From positions 27,573 to 91,572 of the forward strand of contig NIVC01000473.1 of NCBI GenBank assembly GCA_002269645.1: 64,000 bases of DNA, written 5' to 3'. The stretch's first letter is position 1, and each line of letters begins with the position of its first letter. This stretch comes from Macrostomum lignano. Lineage: Eukaryota. The notes beneath the pieces are model-generated. The model did not search any database, was not told the origin of the DNA, and was given only the letters and a program-made list of their open reading frames with translations. The position numbers were made by a program, and so were the translations under genes. Below are positions 61,670 through 64,000 of this stretch, piece after piece.

Positions 61670-62030
61670 AATATTACTGGAATCCAGCCTATTAGTGTTT
61701 GGAATCCAGCTTGCTAGTGTTTGGAATCCAGCTTATCAGTGTTTGGAATACAGCTTATCAGTGTGGAATCCAGCTTGATATTGCGTGGAATCCAGCTTAT
61801 CAGTCTGTGGAATCCAGCTTGTTATTGTGTGGAATCCAGCTTATTAGTGTTTGGAAACCAGCTTGCTAGTGTTTGGAATCCAGCTTATCAGTGTTTGGAA
61901 TACAGCTTATCAGTGTTTGGAATACAGCTTATCAGTGTGGAATCCAGCTTGATATTGCGTGGAATCCAGCTTTTCAGTGTGTGGAGTCCAGCTTATTGGT
62001 GTTTGGAATCCAGCTTAACTGCGAGTGGAA
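61670..62030. repeat. ~22-bp minisatellite (GTGTTTGGAATCCAGCTTATCA) directly after the paralog B stop
   Basis: Directly visible. Confidence 0.88.
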
Positions 62031-62635
62031 TCCTGACATTTTTTAACGCAGAGTTTTGAAATTTTAAAATTAACAGCTCTTGTACCTCGCTTATTCGCTA
62101 CCATGAATATTTTTCAAATAATTACTGACTATCGGACACAAAAGAATTCGCCTACTAACCAGTAGAAAGTTACGTATTTTAAGCAAAAAAAATTTAGTCC
62201 AGAAAAAAAACAAGTTAGTAAATTTCATTTTTACTTCAAAAACACAAAAACCAACCAGAAAAACGCGGACACACGAATAGGATATCAATTCCATTTTGCG
62301 AGTATATTGATGATAAGTTGTTAATTTGAAAAATAAATGGTGAAATTCATAATTAAATGATCAGATATTCAAGCAGAGTTGGTATCCGCAGTAGCAGAAG
62401 TGAATTAATAACATTAAATAAAATTTGCTTTGATAAATAATAAAGGCTAACAAAAGTGCTTGGTTCCATAGATGAAAAAAGACCAAGAAACGCAGGAATA
62501 TAGTGAGGTGTTTATTAACGAGACAGATTCAAGCAGATGGCTGCATAAGCACAAAGATCTTATGGCGGAAAAAAATCAATGCAATTGTAAATTTGTTTAA
62601 CACAAAAACCGCTTACCGACGCAATAAATCATACA

Positions 62636-63550
62636 CGGAACCGCGACTCACTGAAGCATTTGGGGGCAGAGAGGGCGGCTCACTGAAGCATTTGGGGGCA
62701 GAGAGGGCGGCTCACTGAAGCATTTAGGGGCGGAAGGGGCGACTCACTGAAGCATTTGGGGGCAGAGAGGGCGGCTCACTGAAGCATTTGGGGGCAGAGA
62801 GGGCGGCTCACTGAAGCATTTAGGGGCGGAAGGGGCGACTCACTGAAGCATTTGGGGGCAGAGAGGGCGGCTCACTGAATTAACTTGAATGGGGGGCGGC
62901 TCACTGAAGTATCTAGGGCGGAGGGGGCGGAAAGGGCGGCTCACTGAAGTATCTAGGACGGAGGGGGCGGCTTACTGAAGTATCTAGGGCGGAGGGGCGG
63001 AAAGGGCGGCTCACTGAAGTATCTAGGGCGGAGGGGGCGGAAAGGGCGGCTCACTGAAGTATCTAGGGCGGAGGGGGCGAAAAGGGCGGCTCACTGAAGT
63101 ATCTAGGGCGGAGGGGGCGGAAAGGGCGGCTCACTGAAGTATCTAGGACGGAGGGGCGGCTCACTGAAGTATCTAGGGCGGAGGGGGCGGAAAGGGCGGC
63201 TCACTGAAGTATCTAGGGCGGAGGGGCGGCTCACTGAAGTATCTAGGGCAGAGGGGCGGCTCACTGAAGTGTCTAGGGCGGAGGGGCGGCTCACTGAAGT
63301 ATCTAGGGCGGAGGGGGCGGCTCACTGAAGTATCTAGGGCGGAGGGGCGGCTCACTGAAGTGTCTAGGGCGGGGGGCGGCTCACTGAAGTATCTAGGGCG
63401 GGGGGCGGCTTACTGAAGTATCTAGGGCGGGGGCGGCTCACTGAAGTGTCTAGAGTGGGGGGCGGTTCACTGAAGTGTCTAGGGCGGGGGCGGCTCACTG
63501 AAGTGTCTAGAGTGGGGGGGAAAGGGCGGCTCACAGAAGTATCTGCGGCA
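62636..63550. repeat. G-rich 30-42-bp minisatellite (GGGCGGCTCACTGAAGTATCTAGGGCGGAGG...)
   Basis: About 25 CTCACTGAAG cores separated by G-runs. Confidence 0.92.
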
Positions 63551-63869
63551 CCAAAGCAAAGAAAGCAAAACATCAAGCTGGAAAATTGCAAGCCAGATTT
63601 GAACACGCAAATTTGTGCTGAATATGAGAATATACGGCACCAATTTTTATAACTCTTAGTTATGCAAACGAAATACATTTATTCTGAGCAAAGTCAGCTA
63701 AACTCACGACAGCAAAATAAGATTAAAAATTGAAACACAAGATGGAATTATGCTAGGAAAATTTCAATTCGCCAAGCCATTGAAGCCAGCGTGAAAGCCA
63801 TTAAGTTAAGAAAACGATACATAAATTTCTTTGAAAAATTTTTTAGATTATATTATTATAAAGTAGCTT

Positions 63870-64000
63870 ACTATTAGTCGCTTGAACCGAAATATACGCA
63901 TACAAAATAACTTTTACCAGTCATGCGCGCAATAAGCCTACTATCAGTAGCTTAAGCCGAAATATACGCATACAAAATAACTTTTACCAGTCATTGCGCG
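63870..64000. repeat. Start of an ~70-bp tandem repeat running off the window
   Basis: CCGAAATATACGCATACAAAATAACTTTTACCAGTCA occurs twice. Confidence 0.7.

Overview
Eukaryotic (metazoan) genomic DNA: GC-rich exons, GT-AG introns, AT-rich intergenic DNA and very abundant minisatellites. This style suggests a repeat-rich invertebrate such as the flatworm Macrostomum; that is an inference, not verified. Most long ORFs in the supplied track are artefacts of tandem repeats. Splice-aware reading gives three conserved minus-strand genes: AGXT (3' end off-window), HPF1 and CUL5 (complete, 774 aa, with an 8.1-kb last intron that is almost all satellite). It also gives an orphan protein with a myristoylation motif, a type-I membrane protein with fibronectin type II repeats and a PPxY tail, and a frameshifted orphan ORF. 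A head-to-head pair of degenerate PKA-regulatory-subunit-like genes have cyclic-nucleotide pockets that have lost key residues. Mobile DNA comprises three RTE-like LINE fragments, one RNase H-bearing LINE fragment, three MITEs (two with perfect TSDs) and a 3-kb foldback-like element whose inverted arms are 16-bp tandem arrays. No rRNA, tRNA or CRISPR array was seen. I cannot claim a confirmed new system. The best leads are the foldback/MITE series linking transposon subterminal repeats to minisatellites, the pseudo-cAMP-binding gene pair, the FN2 receptor, and the inverted 42-bp arrays bracketing most of CUL5.
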